From Acidimicrobiia bacterium (lineage in GTDB: Bacteria; Actinomycetota; Acidimicrobiia; Spongiisociales; UBA11373): a DNA stretch of 64,000 nt. The notes beneath the pieces were generated by a model. It did not search any database, was not told the DNA's origin, and worked only from the letters and a program-made list of their open reading frames with translations. The position numbers were made by a program, and so were the translations under genes. The DNA lies in the NCBI GenBank assembly GCA_041551965.1, contig JBFELU010000002.1:5829-69828 (forward strand), written 5' to 3'. Shown here one piece after another: positions 36,919 through 46,284 of this stretch; the stretch's first letter is position 1; each line of letters begins with the position of its first letter.

Positions 36919-37821
36919 TTGCGTCGGGTGGAACGGATCGGCATCGTCGAAGTGGGGCCGCGCGACGGTCTTCAGGCCGAAGATGCGGTACTGACGGTCG
37001 AAGATCGCCTTGCCCTGATCGAGTTCTTGGCCGGCGCCGGCGCCTCACGCATCGAGGTCGCCTCGTTCGTCCGGCCGGATCGAGTTCCGCAGATGGCCGG
37101 AGCGGAGGAGATCTGTGCCGGGCTCGACCCCGGTCGAGCGTGGTCGGCGATCGGCCTGGTGCTCAACCGCAGGGGGATGGAGCGGGCCCTGGCCACCTCG
37201 CTCGACGAGGTCAATCTCGTCGCCTACGCTTCCGACGGCTACAGCCTCCGCAACACCGGCAGACCGGCCGCCGACCGGAATGGAGAGGTCCTGGAGTCGA
37301 CCGCCGCAGCCGTTGCCGCGGGGCGCCGGACGGGCGTGACGGTCGCGGTGGCCTTCGGCGACCCCGTCGACGGCGAGGTCCCGGCCTCGAGGCTCGCCAC
37401 ATTGGCGGCCGATCTGCAGGACGCAGGTGCTTCCGAGGTCAATCTGGGCGACACCATCGGCGTGGCCGTTCCCTCGATGGTTTCCGATCGGGTTGCCGCC
37501 GTGCGTAACGCGGCACCGGGCCTGTCCCTTCGATGCCACTTCCACAACACCCGCAACAACGGCTACGCCAATGTGCTGGCGGCGCTCACCGCAGGCGTCG
37601 ACGCCGTCGACTCGTCCATCGGCGGGTACGGCGGTAGTCCGTTCTCCCCGGGAGCCGGCGGCAACGTGGCCACCGAGGACCTCGTGTGGATGCTGGAGCG
37701 CATGGGCAGCACCACGGGCATGGACCTCGAGAGGCTGATGGCCACTTCGGTCTGGCTGGCGGAACGTCTCGGCGACCGCCGGCCCCCCTCCCTACTTCCT
37801 CGCGCTGGACCGTTCCCCTAA
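36919..37821 (+). CDS. HMG-CoA lyase-like (pyruvate carboxyltransferase/DRE-TIM) family protein
   Basis: VERIGIVEVGPRDGLQAE...RIEVASFV...HFHNTRNNGYANVLAALTAGVDAVDSSIGGYGGSPFSPGAGGNVATEDLV are HMGL-family signatures. Confidence 0.8.
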   Translation: MRRVERIGIVEVGPRDGLQAEDAVLTVEDRLALIEFLAGAGASRIEVASFVRPDRVPQMAGAEEICAGLDPGRAWSAIGLVLNRRGMERALATSLDEVNLVAYASDGYSLRNTGRPAADRNGEVLESTAAAVAAGRRTGVTVAVAFGDPVDGEVPASRLATLAADLQDAGASEVNLGDTIGVAVPSMVSDRVAAVRNAAPGLSLRCHFHNTRNNGYANVLAALTAGVDAVDSSIGGYGGSPFSPGAGGNVATEDLVWMLERMGSTTGMDLERLMATSVWLAERLGDRRPPSLLPRAGPFP

Positions 37822-39014
37822 GAATCGTCTTCGTCGGTCGGTTCGACGAGTGAGACCGGCTCCCGGGCCGGGTCCCCACCCTCGAACCTGGCGATCACGT
37901 CGCCCTCTCCGAACGAGCCGTCGCCGCTGAAATCGATGTGGATCTCGATCCACACCGCGGCCGGAATCTCGACCGGCGGTTCGAGGGGCAACACCACATC
38001 GCGGTAGGTGCCTCGCTCGAGGAACTCGCCCACCACCAGCGTGTCGCCCGGGGAGCCGTCGACGTCGGCCCGTACGACCAAGAAGCCGCCGCTGGGAAGC
38101 GTGACCGAGTCGATGGTCACTTCGACGCCCTCCGACTCCTGCTCGGAGACGAGGATGACCGCGGGAGCTCGGGGGACAGCGGTGATCGGCGCCGAGTCGG
38201 CGGCCTCGAACCCATCGATCCGGAGGGCCACCACGTCCTCGACGTCGGAGCCTTCGATGTCGGCGCCCTCGATGTCCAGGGCGCCGTTGCGGTTGCGATC
38301 GACGATCAACTGGGCCCACAACGTTGCCGAGATCTCGAGGCGCTCTGCGAGCTCGACCACGACATCGGTGTGCGACCCCTCCGACAGGAGCTCACCGACA
38401 CCCACGATCTCACCGGGGGCGCCTGCCTGATCTGCTCGCACGACGACGAAGCCGGCGGCGGGAAGCAGCACGTCGGCCACGACGACTTCCACGCCCAGTG
38501 ATCGCTGCGCCTCGAAGACCACGTCGGCCGGGGTCAGAGCGGGCAGCAATCCCACCGTCGCCGATGTGGACGCAGTCTCGCCGTTGGCTCGCGTCGCAGG
38601 GACGTCGACGAAACCGTCCGGCGGCTCGAACGTGAAGACGCCGTCTCGATCCATGTCGATGTGGACCATGGCGTGCACAACGTCCTCCCCCTCGATCGGC
38701 ACGAAGAGAGGAACCGAGACGTTGCCGATGACTCCCGCCGAGAGCCTCTCCCCGACACCGATGACCTCCCCCGGAGCCCCGGCTTCGTCGCTGTGGAGCG
38801 CGACGAACCCGTCGGACGGCAGCGACACGGACCTGACGATCACCGTGGAACCCTCGGACAACTGGTCCTCGAAGACGAGGTCTGCCGGGCCGGTGGCGGG
38901 AGGGAGGGCATTCGGGTCACCGACCGTCGTCGTGGTGACACCGGAGGACTCGTAGGCGCAGGCCCCGACCATCAGGGCGAGTGCCATCACCAGGATTCGA
39001 CGGGGAGCGATCAC
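37818..39014 (-). CDS. Lipoprotein with three ~115-aa tandem beta-rich repeats; third gene of the znuA-znuB operon
   Basis: Signal peptide plus lipobox (LMVGAC). Three repeats follow the pattern S[VL]xLPxxGF[VL]VxxADxAGAPGExxGVGExLSxG...VxLxxxxExxAxxWxxxxxDxxRDGxxxFE. The stop lies 7 nt from the znuB start on the same strand. Confidence 0.7.
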   Translation of the reverse strand: MIAPRRILVMALALMVGACAYESSGVTTTTVGDPNALPPATGPADLVFEDQLSEGSTVIVRSVSLPSDGFVALHSDEAGAPGEVIGVGERLSAGVIGNVSVPLFVPIEGEDVVHAMVHIDMDRDGVFTFEPPDGFVDVPATRANGETASTSATVGLLPALTPADVVFEAQRSLGVEVVVADVLLPAAGFVVVRADQAGAPGEIVGVGELLSEGSHTDVVVELAERLEISATLWAQLIVDRNRNGALDIEGADIEGSDVEDVVALRIDGFEAADSAPITAVPRAPAVILVSEQESEGVEVTIDSVTLPSGGFLVVRADVDGSPGDTLVVGEFLERGTYRDVVLPLEPPVEIPAAVWIEIHIDFSGDGSFGEGDVIARFEGGDPAREPVSLVEPTDEDDS

Positions 39015-39020
39015 GGCGGC

Positions 39021-39878
39021 TCAGGGTACTCCATGGACCGAGTCCCGGACCTCGGTGCGCCGGAAGCGTCGCACCATCCGATCGACGATCAGCACGGCGA
39101 AGAACACCGCCACCGCCAGACCGGACATCGTCGCCCCGGCCGCCGTATCCAGGTGGAACGAGATGAGGAGCCCGGCCACGACCTCGGCCGCGCCGATGAC
39201 GGCGGCCGCCGCCATCACCGCGGGAACACGGTGCACCACCAGCACGGCGGTGGCCGGAGGGGCGATGAGCAGCCCGAACACCAACAGGGCCCCCACCGCT
39301 TGAAACGAGGCAACGACCGCCACGGTGATCAGGCCCATCATGACGAGGTGGGCGACCCGGGGCCGCAGCCCGAGCGCCTCCGCCTTCTCTTCGTTGAACG
39401 ACAGCGCCAGCAGCGGCCGGTAGAACCACGCCACGCCGATGATGACGGTCCCGGCCGCAAGCGACTGCAGCACGAGGTCTCCGGTCGTCGTGCCGAGAAC
39501 GTCGCCGAAGAGGATGGCGACGAGGTCGACGGCGAACGATCCGCTGCGGGAGATGAGGATCACGCCGAGAGCGAGCATGCCCACGAACAGCAGCCCGATG
39601 GCGGTGTCCTCGGTCAACCTGGTCGTCCGGTGCACCAGGGCGATGGCTCCGATCATCACGACGGCAGCGACGGCCGCCCCCACGGCGAGATTCACATCGA
39701 GGAGGAAAGCGACGGCGACCCCGGGGAGGATGCCGTGGGCCAGCGCATCACCCATGAACGCCAGGCCGCGGATGATGACCCAGGTGCCCACCACCGAGGT
39801 CGTGGCCACGGCGAGGATTCCCGACAGCAGCGCTCGCTGCATGAAGTCGTAGGAGAACGGTTCGGTCAGCCAGTCCAT
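39021..39878 (-). CDS. znuB: Metal (Zn/Mn) ABC transporter permease, ABC-3 family
   Basis: 285 aa, 8-9 TM, ZnuB/MntB-like (LLSGILAVATTSVVGTWVIIRGLAFMGDALAHGILPGVA). Confidence 0.85.
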   Translation of the reverse strand: MDWLTEPFSYDFMQRALLSGILAVATTSVVGTWVIIRGLAFMGDALAHGILPGVAVAFLLDVNLAVGAAVAAVVMIGAIALVHRTTRLTEDTAIGLLFVGMLALGVILISRSGSFAVDLVAILFGDVLGTTTGDLVLQSLAAGTVIIGVAWFYRPLLALSFNEEKAEALGLRPRVAHLVMMGLITVAVVASFQAVGALLVFGLLIAPPATAVLVVHRVPAVMAAAAVIGAAEVVAGLLISFHLDTAAGATMSGLAVAVFFAVLIVDRMVRRFRRTEVRDSVHGVP

Positions 39879-39885
39879 GATCGCC

Positions 39886-40785
39886 TCATCGGGTCAGAGC
39901 CTCGGTGATCCGCTCGGCATCGGTGCGCAACAAGGAGAGGTACGTCTCGGCCCCCGACCCGGGCGGCCCCAGGGAACCGGTATACAGGGGCACGACCGCC
40001 ACGTCGAGTCCGGTTTCGGCGGCGACCGTATCGGCGAGATCGGTGGGCCGGGTGGAATCGACGAAGACGGCCGACACGCCGGTGGCAACGATCGTGCGTA
40101 CGAGGTCGGCGAGATCGCCGGCACTGGGTTCGGCCAGTGTGGAACCGCCAGGGACGATCACCCCGACGACGTCGAAGCCGTAGCGGTCGGCGAAGTAGCC
40201 GAGGGAGTCGTGATCCGTCACCAGGAGCCGTTGCGCCGGCGGAATCGCGGCCACCATGACGGCCACCTCTTCGTGGACCGCCAGGATCTCCGCTCGATAG
40301 GCCGCCGCCGCGTCTCGCCACTCGGCCGCAACATCCTCATCGAGGTCGGCGAGGGCCTCCCCGATCAGTGTGACCGCCGTCGCCATCCGCACGGGATCGA
40401 GCCACACGTGGGGATCGAACGAGCCCGATCCGAGGACCAGGGGATCGACCGCCGGACCGACTTCGAGCACCGCCACTCCGTCTCCCCGAGCCCCCTCCAC
40501 TACGTCTTCCAGCCCCTCCTCGAGACCGAGGCCGTTGATCACCACCAGTTCCGCATTCCGGAGGAGCGCCGCCTGGGCCGCCGAGGCCTGGTAGGCGTGG
40601 GGATCGACCCCTGCGGGAATGAGCACCTCGACCTTCGCCCGCCCCCCGACGATCCTGTCGGCGATGTCACCGAGGATCGACGTGGAGGCAACGACACGGG
40701 TGCCGTCGTCATCGGCGGCACCGCCCTCGCAGGCCGCCGGAAGCACCAGGAGGGGCACCATCAGCAGCGGAAGCATGCGACGCAA
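39886..40785 (-). CDS. znuA: Metal ABC transporter substrate-binding lipoprotein (ZnuA/TroA family)
   Basis: Signal peptide MRRMLPLLMVPLLVLPAAC, then TroA-fold motifs (VVASTSILGDIA...DPHVWLDP...DSLGYFADRYG). The TTG start at 40785 preserves the RR n-region; the ATG at 40776 is an alternative. Confidence 0.85.
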   Translation of the reverse strand: MRRMLPLLMVPLLVLPAACEGGAADDDGTRVVASTSILGDIADRIVGGRAKVEVLIPAGVDPHAYQASAAQAALLRNAELVVINGLGLEEGLEDVVEGARGDGVAVLEVGPAVDPLVLGSGSFDPHVWLDPVRMATAVTLIGEALADLDEDVAAEWRDAAAAYRAEILAVHEEVAVMVAAIPPAQRLLVTDHDSLGYFADRYGFDVVGVIVPGGSTLAEPSAGDLADLVRTIVATGVSAVFVDSTRPTDLADTVAAETGLDVAVVPLYTGSLGPPGSGAETYLSLLRTDAERITEALTR

Positions 40786-40798
40786 CGAGGTCCCTTTC

Positions 40799-40811
40799 GA
40801 GAACGGTTCTC
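40799..40811. promoter_or_regulatory. Candidate Zur operator: 13-bp palindrome GAGAAC-G-GTTCTC in the 45-bp znuA/zur divergent intergenic region
   Basis: Perfect 6-bp inverted arms with a 1-nt spacer, centred between the divergent znuA and zur starts. Fur-family boxes are palindromic, but this does not match the usual actinobacterial Zur consensus (TGAAAATGATTTTCA-like). Confidence 0.35.
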
Positions 40812-40830
40812 ATTCTAGTAGAGTTGGCGC

Positions 40831-41292
40831 ATGCCCTCCACCGCCACCCTCCCCACCGACATCGAGCGGGCCGTGCGAACCCGCCTCGGTGACCGGGCGG
40901 CCCGTTTCACCCCAACCCGGCGAGCGGTGGTGGCTGAACTCGCCGCCGCAGAAGGCCCCCTGACCCCGGCCGACCTGCTCCGGCGGCTCGGAGCCCGGGT
41001 GCCGGTGTCGTCGCTGTACCGGACGCTCGCCACCCTCGACGAGGGTGGCATCGTGCACCGCACCCACGACGCCGAGGGCATCACCCGCTTCGAGTTGGCA
41101 GAGTGGCTCAACGGCCACCATCACCACCTCGTCTGCGTCGGCTGCGGCGAGGTGCGCGACATCGAGATCAACGGCGATTGGGAAAGCACCATCGCCGCCC
41201 TGGTGGGGCGGGTGGCGGCCGCCAGCGGCTATGCCGTCTCCGGCCACCGCATCGATATCGAAGGGACCTGCACCCGGTGCGCGGAGAACTAG
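40831..41292 (+). CDS. zur: Fur-family zinc uptake regulator
   Basis: 153 aa with a winged-helix N-terminus, a His-rich HHHH metal site, CVGCGEV and CTRCAE structural zinc motifs; positioned divergently from znuA. Confidence 0.8.
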   Translation: MPSTATLPTDIERAVRTRLGDRAARFTPTRRAVVAELAAAEGPLTPADLLRRLGARVPVSSLYRTLATLDEGGIVHRTHDAEGITRFELAEWLNGHHHHLVCVGCGEVRDIEINGDWESTIAALVGRVAAASGYAVSGHRIDIEGTCTRCAEN

Positions 41293-42083
41293 CGGCCGCG
41301 GGCTCCGGCGTGATCCTCGCCTACGACGGTGAAGTCGGCCTCCACGAGTCCGACTTCGCCGTCCCTTCGGGTCGGGTGACTGCGGTGATCGGCCCCAACG
41401 GATCGGGCAAGTCGACGTTGTTGCACGGTCTCGCCGGTCTGCTCGAGCCTCGGAAGGGAACCCTCCGGGTCCTGGGCGGACCGCCGGCGAGAGCCCGGCG
41501 CAGGATCGCCTACGTCTTGCAGACCATCAAGGTCAACGAGGTGATCCCGATCACCGTTCGAGAGGCCGTCGCCATGGGCCGCTACGCCCTGCTCGGTCCC
41601 TTCCGGCCGATGAGCCGCACCGATCGGATTGCGGTCGATCGAGCCCTCGATCGGCTCGAAATCGGTGAGATCGCCCACGCCCACCTCACCGATCTGTCGG
41701 GAGGGCAGCGGCAGCGGGTCTTCGTGGCGCAGGGACTGGCGCAAGAAGCGGACCTGTTGCTGCTCGATGAGCCGCTCACGGGGCTCGATCTCGTCTCGCG
41801 CGACCGGATCGCCCGAGCGATCCACACCGAGACGGAGCGGGGTGCCACGGTCGTGGTGACCACGCACGATGTCGCCGAGGCCAACTCGGCCGACCACGTG
41901 TTGCTGATGTCGGGCCGGGTCCACACCGAGGGACCTCCTGCGGAGGCGCTGTCACCCGATCGGCTGTCCGATGCCTACGGGATCGGCATCATGCACCTCG
42001 AGGATGGTTCGATCGTCCTCGATGACGATGCCCACCGGCCCGAGGGCGAACGCCACGTCCACTTCGAGCGGGGCCGGGCCTAA
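41277..42083 (+). CDS. znuC: Metal ABC transporter ATP-binding protein
   Basis: Walker A GPNGSGKST, signature LSGGQRQR, Walker B LLLLDEP and an H-loop. The start is GTG 41277 or GTG 41310; the track ORF start at 41103 overlaps zur in another frame. Confidence 0.8.
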   Translation: MRGELAAAGSGVILAYDGEVGLHESDFAVPSGRVTAVIGPNGSGKSTLLHGLAGLLEPRKGTLRVLGGPPARARRRIAYVLQTIKVNEVIPITVREAVAMGRYALLGPFRPMSRTDRIAVDRALDRLEIGEIAHAHLTDLSGGQRQRVFVAQGLAQEADLLLLDEPLTGLDLVSRDRIARAIHTETERGATVVVTTHDVAEANSADHVLLMSGRVHTEGPPAEALSPDRLSDAYGIGIMHLEDGSIVLDDDAHRPEGERHVHFERGRA

Positions 42084-42775
42084 CGAATCGTTGCGGCCCA
42101 CGCCCCGAAGAAACGGTCGGCCGTCTCCCGTTGCGCCGCGGCCGCAGCGGTGATCTCGGCGATGAACTCCCCACGGTCCACCCCATGGATCTCGAGATCG
42201 CGTTTCGCCTCCTCGATCTCCATCCATGCACCGAGGATCTCCGGTGACGCTTCCGGGTGGGGCTGGATGCCGAGCGCCGACCCGAGCCGGAAGGCCTGGG
42301 GGTGCCGCTCGGTGTGGGCCAGCAATGTCGCTCCGGGAGGCAGGTCCCAGGTGTCACCGTGCCACACCGGCACCGGACCGGTGAGGTGGCTCGCCACGGG
42401 ATCCGCGCGCCCGGCGCTCGTGAGCGACACCGGCCTGATCGCGATCTCGGAGCCTCCCTCGGCCTTGTAGGCCCGGCCGCCCAAGACGTCGGCCAGCAGT
42501 TGACACCCCAGACAGATGCCGAGCACCGGGATCCCCGCCGTTGCCGAGCCGGCCAGAAAGCGCTTCTCGTCGGTGAGAAAGGGATGGGCTTCCTCCTCGT
42601 GAGCGCCCATCACCCCGCCCAGGGACACCACCGCGCCCCAACCCTCGATCCCGGGGACCGCGTCACCCCGGTGGAGCAACCGCGTTTCGACCGCATGGCC
42701 GGCCGCCTCGAGCGCATCGCCCAGATAGCCGGTGGTGATCTTGTCGCCGTGCTGGAACACCAGGACCGTCGACAT
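42080..42775 (-). CDS. Class I glutamine amidotransferase-like protein
   Basis: MSTVLVFQHGD...GICLGCQLLA catalytic Cys and the HPE triad region, 231 aa. Convergent with znuC, with a 4-nt overlap. Confidence 0.7.
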   Translation of the reverse strand: MSTVLVFQHGDKITTGYLGDALEAAGHAVETRLLHRGDAVPGIEGWGAVVSLGGVMGAHEEEAHPFLTDEKRFLAGSATAGIPVLGICLGCQLLADVLGGRAYKAEGGSEIAIRPVSLTSAGRADPVASHLTGPVPVWHGDTWDLPPGATLLAHTERHPQAFRLGSALGIQPHPEASPEILGAWMEIEEAKRDLEIHGVDRGEFIAEITAAAAAQRETADRFFGAWAATIR

Positions 42776-42813
42776 GGCGGGGAGTGTACGGCGAGGGCCC
42801 GCGCTCCCACCTC

Positions 42814-43923
42814 CTATGACCCGTCTTCCGAGATCCTCCGGCGAAGGCCCCACCGCCGCACCCGGGGCGGGCGCCGGTCCATGGTGCTCCGATCAGAGGT
42901 CCACGGGGCGTAGGGCGCCATCGTCGCCTCGGCAAGCGCCAACAGCACGGTGTCGTAGTTGACCCGCCAGCCGGCAAAGTCGCGCCACGCCTGATCTCGA
43001 TCCGGCTTGAGCGGCAGTCCCGATGCCGCCAACCGCTCACACGCCTCATCGAACTCGCGGCGATGCAGGCTGATCGGATCGTCGGGAGCCGGATCGGGAT
43101 CGAACTCGATCCCGAAGAACTCGGCAATGCGACGCAATGCCAGGTATCCGGAACGGATCGCCAGGGCCGCATGGGGTTGCGGCGCGACCTCCAGCGTCGA
43201 CAGAGTGAGGGAAGCGGCATCGAGCACGGTTCCGGCCGCCGTCACCCAGTGCCGATCGGGCTGCGGCGAGCGGAAGAAGGTGAGGGCGGGATAGGAGGTA
43301 TGGCTCTCCTCGATCTGGGCAAACCAGACTTCCCAATCGCTCCATGTGTCGCCGAGCCGATCGGTCCATCCGATGCGCTGATACCGAAGGAGCATCTCGA
43401 CCGCGGAAGGAGGGGTCCCGGCTCTGGTTTCGAGGAGGGCCACCAGCGTCTCTCGCCGAGAGAAGGCCCCGTAAAGGGTCGGCAGATAGGTGATGAGCAA
43501 TGCCAGCAATCCGAGACCGAGCGCCGCCTCCAAAAAGGCGAGGGCCCGCAAGCCGGTACCGTCCACCGGAGCGAACCCCAGGGTCAGCAAGGAAGAGCCG
43601 CTCTCCCAGAAGGCGTCGGCCCAACCCTCCTGCTCGACCGCCCAGAAGACGGTCATGAAGCCGACCGTGACCAGCGCCAGCCAGGCGGCGACCAGGGTGA
43701 GCATCCCGATCGGCGCGAAGTGGGCCATGACCCGGTCGCGCCAGTCGAACGAGGGTCGCAGCGCCGCCAGGCCCCGGAACACCCCGCCCACACCGCGGAA
43801 CACGAGGCGCGACAGCAGACTCTGGGCGCTGCGGGGCAGGATCACCGTCCGAACCGCCGAGAGCACGGTCCACGCGGTGAGGCCCATGCCGCCGAACGCC
43901 ACGGCGATGCGAACGACGATCAC
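42814..43923 (-). CDS. Integral membrane protein, function unknown
   Basis: 369 aa with an N-terminal half of ~6 TM helices and a soluble C-terminal half. High GC3. Overlaps the next gene's start by 40 nt. Confidence 0.55.
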   Translation of the reverse strand: MIVVRIAVAFGGMGLTAWTVLSAVRTVILPRSAQSLLSRLVFRGVGGVFRGLAALRPSFDWRDRVMAHFAPIGMLTLVAAWLALVTVGFMTVFWAVEQEGWADAFWESGSSLLTLGFAPVDGTGLRALAFLEAALGLGLLALLITYLPTLYGAFSRRETLVALLETRAGTPPSAVEMLLRYQRIGWTDRLGDTWSDWEVWFAQIEESHTSYPALTFFRSPQPDRHWVTAAGTVLDAASLTLSTLEVAPQPHAALAIRSGYLALRRIAEFFGIEFDPDPAPDDPISLHRREFDEACERLAASGLPLKPDRDQAWRDFAGWRVNYDTVLLALAEATMAPYAPWTSDRSTMDRRPPRVRRWGLRRRISEDGS

Positions 43924-43969
43924 GCAGCCTCCTTCACCGCGGGAAGGGTAGGGTCCTGCCCCGCGTCAC

Positions 43970-44713
43970 TCACTCCGCCAGCACCATCCGGGCGGCGGCC
44001 CCGAGGGCGGCCACCACCAGGACCCAGCGGATCCAGTTGGCCGCTCCTTCCTTCACCGCCAGATGCGACGCGATGAAGGCACCACCCATGCTTCCCAAGC
44101 CGAGCACCAGGCCGGCCGTCCAGTCGACCTGGGAAGCGCGAGCGAACAGCAGCAGCACCACCGGGGCGTAGCACAGGATGAGGAACACCTTGGCGGCATT
44201 GCCCTTGACGAGACCCAGTCCCATGCCGAGGACCAGGCCGGCGAGGAGCGGGAATCCGACCCCGGCCTGCACGAAGCCCCCGTAGAAGCCGATGGCCGCG
44301 AAGACCACCGACCGCCACGGCTCGCGAAGCCGCGGCTCGGCGGCTGCCACCCACCGCGAGGGCTTGATGAGCACCGACACCGCCACCAGCACCACCGCTA
44401 CGGCGAAGGCCTTGCGCATCACGTCGGCGGAGACCTCGGTGGCCACCCACCCTCCGCCGACGGCTCCAACCGCCACCGGGAGGATCAGGGGAACGGCCGC
44501 CCGCCACGGCATCGCCCCGCCCCTGGCGTAGCCGGTGGCGCCCACGATGTTCTGCATCAGGATGGCGACCCGCAGTGTGCCGTTGGCGACGTTGGGCCCC
44601 ACGATCTCAGTGAGAACGGGGATCGACACCACCGAGCCACCCCCGGCGACCGTGTTGACGAAGCCGGCCAGCAGGCCGGCGGCGAAGACGGCGACGATCT
44701 CGAGGGGAGACAC
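43970..44713 (-). CDS. Sulfite exporter TauE/SafE family membrane protein
   Basis: GTG start at 44713 (VSPLEIVAVFAAGLLAGFVNTVAGGGS), a typical TauE N-terminus with the GGG motif; 247 aa, 7-8 TM. The 5' part of the track ORF is an artifact. Confidence 0.8.
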   Translation of the reverse strand: MSPLEIVAVFAAGLLAGFVNTVAGGGSVVSIPVLTEIVGPNVANGTLRVAILMQNIVGATGYARGGAMPWRAAVPLILPVAVGAVGGGWVATEVSADVMRKAFAVAVVLVAVSVLIKPSRWVAAAEPRLREPWRSVVFAAIGFYGGFVQAGVGFPLLAGLVLGMGLGLVKGNAAKVFLILCYAPVVLLLFARASQVDWTAGLVLGLGSMGGAFIASHLAVKEGAANWIRWVLVVAALGAAARMVLAE

Positions 44714-44743
44714 TGCCGATGGTACCGGCCGTACGATGCAGCC

Positions 44744-44929
44744 ATGAGCGACATCCCGACCGAGATCACCTGCGTCGAATGCGGAGGCACCGCCCACTGC
44801 ATGTCCTACGCCCCCGCCGAGGGGTTCGCCCCCGGCGACGTCGTCGCATTCGTGTGCGAGGAGTGCGGGCAGCGTCACGACGTGGAGATCGAACCCGAGG
44901 ACTCCGGCGATCGGTGGCCGACGGAGTAG
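44744..44929 (+). CDS. Small zinc-ribbon protein (CxxC...CxxC)
   Basis: 61 aa, MSDIPTEITCVECGGTAHCMSYAPAEGFAPGDVVAFVCEECGQRHDV. Two CxxC pairs and high GC3. Divergent from the TauE gene. Confidence 0.45.
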   Translation: MSDIPTEITCVECGGTAHCMSYAPAEGFAPGDVVAFVCEECGQRHDVEIEPEDSGDRWPTE

Positions 44930-44959
44930 CCTGCACTCAGGCGATCCGGAGAGCAATCC

Positions 44960-45922
44960 ATGGGGCGAAGCGTGCGAACCCTCCTGGCGCTCGGGGTGAT
45001 CGTGGTGATGACCGCAGGACCGGCAGCGGCCCAGGAAACCGAGCCGGTCATCGATCTGAGCGAGTTCATCGCCACGTACATCGGACCCGGGCCGGGAGGT
45101 GAGGACCTCACCGAGGACCGGAACGGGGACGGCATTCCCGACATCCCGATCGGGATCCCCGGCATCTGGGACGAGCAGGAAGGAGCGGCGACTCCGGCCG
45201 AGTTCGCCGACCGGGTGTCGACCGGAGCGGGCTTCGACCTCTCCGAGGCCGGCAGCACGCTGGTCGGGCCCTGCGGCGGGGTGGTGATCTCCTACGACAA
45301 TGAGGGGAACTCGATCGATGCCGCCGTCGACTTTGCCGACGCCGGTCCCCCCGTCGACATCTACGGCGAGCCGACCTTCCAGGCCGGACGACCGTTCAAG
45401 GTGAGGACCGACGGAGTCGTTGCCTTCTACGGCTTCACGCTCGATACCGCGCCGTTCTCGACCGCCGGCGTCCAGGCGGGTGTGAACTACGGCGACCCTG
45501 CTCCGGCGTTCCACGATCACCAGTGGCAGCTCGATGTGATGGAGATCGCCGCCGACTTCGGAGGCGACCCCAACCAGCGGGACAAGAATCGCAACGCCGG
45601 GTTGCTCGATCTGGGTGGCGTGCTGGGTGAGGAGAGCGGTGCCACGAGCATCGATCTCCCCTTCGACTTCCGGGCCAAGGTCAAGGCCCGGGGGGCGATC
45701 ATCGATCTGTGGGGCCCGGAACGGCTCCCCGACTTCGACGGAGACACGATTGCCGGCCTCGCCGGAGGCAACGTCTACTGCTACGGCGAAGGTTGGGTGG
45801 AATTCGTCGGTGACGGGTTCCCACTCTTCACCGCTCCGGGTGCTCTGGCGACAGCATTGGCCGCCGCCGGCTTCGCAGGGCTGTTGTTCAACGCCAGACC
45901 GGCACTGTCGTGGAGGGCATGA
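44960..45922 (+). CDS. Secreted/cell-surface protein of unknown function
   Basis: Signal peptide MGRSVRTLLALGVIVVMTAGPAAAQ, acidic mature domain, C-terminal hydrophobic tail (GALATALAAAGFAGLLF). Confidence 0.6.
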   Translation: MGRSVRTLLALGVIVVMTAGPAAAQETEPVIDLSEFIATYIGPGPGGEDLTEDRNGDGIPDIPIGIPGIWDEQEGAATPAEFADRVSTGAGFDLSEAGSTLVGPCGGVVISYDNEGNSIDAAVDFADAGPPVDIYGEPTFQAGRPFKVRTDGVVAFYGFTLDTAPFSTAGVQAGVNYGDPAPAFHDHQWQLDVMEIAADFGGDPNQRDKNRNAGLLDLGGVLGEESGATSIDLPFDFRAKVKARGAIIDLWGPERLPDFDGDTIAGLAGGNVYCYGEGWVEFVGDGFPLFTAPGALATALAAAGFAGLLFNARPALSWRA

Positions 45923-46251
45923 TGGCTGAGACGATTCTGAAGCGTCATCCGTTTCGTGCCGCAGCCTGGGGGTTCCTCCTCGGGTTGGCGGTGGTCCTCT
46001 ACCTGACCGTGGTATGGCCGGTCATCGCCTTCGACAACTGGACGACCGTGGCGGTGAAGGCCGTCATCGTGATCCTGGCCGCAATGGCACTGAGCGTCCT
46101 GTGGGGTTTGTTCGGGCCGGCCAAGAAGCTGCGCGGGGCATCGGCCCCCCCGCCGGTCGACGACGGTCCACCACCCCCACCGGTCGACGACGGTCCACCA
46201 CCCCCACCGGTCGACGACGAACCGCTACCACCACCGAACGAGAGCGAATAG
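45919..46251 (+). CDS. Membrane protein with C-terminal proline-rich PPPPVDDG x3 repeats
   Basis: Two TM helices, then the tail ASAPPPVDDGPPPPPVDDGPPPPPVDDEPLPPPNESE. The start is one of the clustered ATGs at 45910, 45919 or 45922. Confidence 0.55.
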   Translation: MMAETILKRHPFRAAAWGFLLGLAVVLYLTVVWPVIAFDNWTTVAVKAVIVILAAMALSVLWGLFGPAKKLRGASAPPPVDDGPPPPPVDDGPPPPPVDDEPLPPPNESE

Positions 46252-46284
46252 TCTCCCGCCGGTGATGAGACCGGCGAGGTCTGC

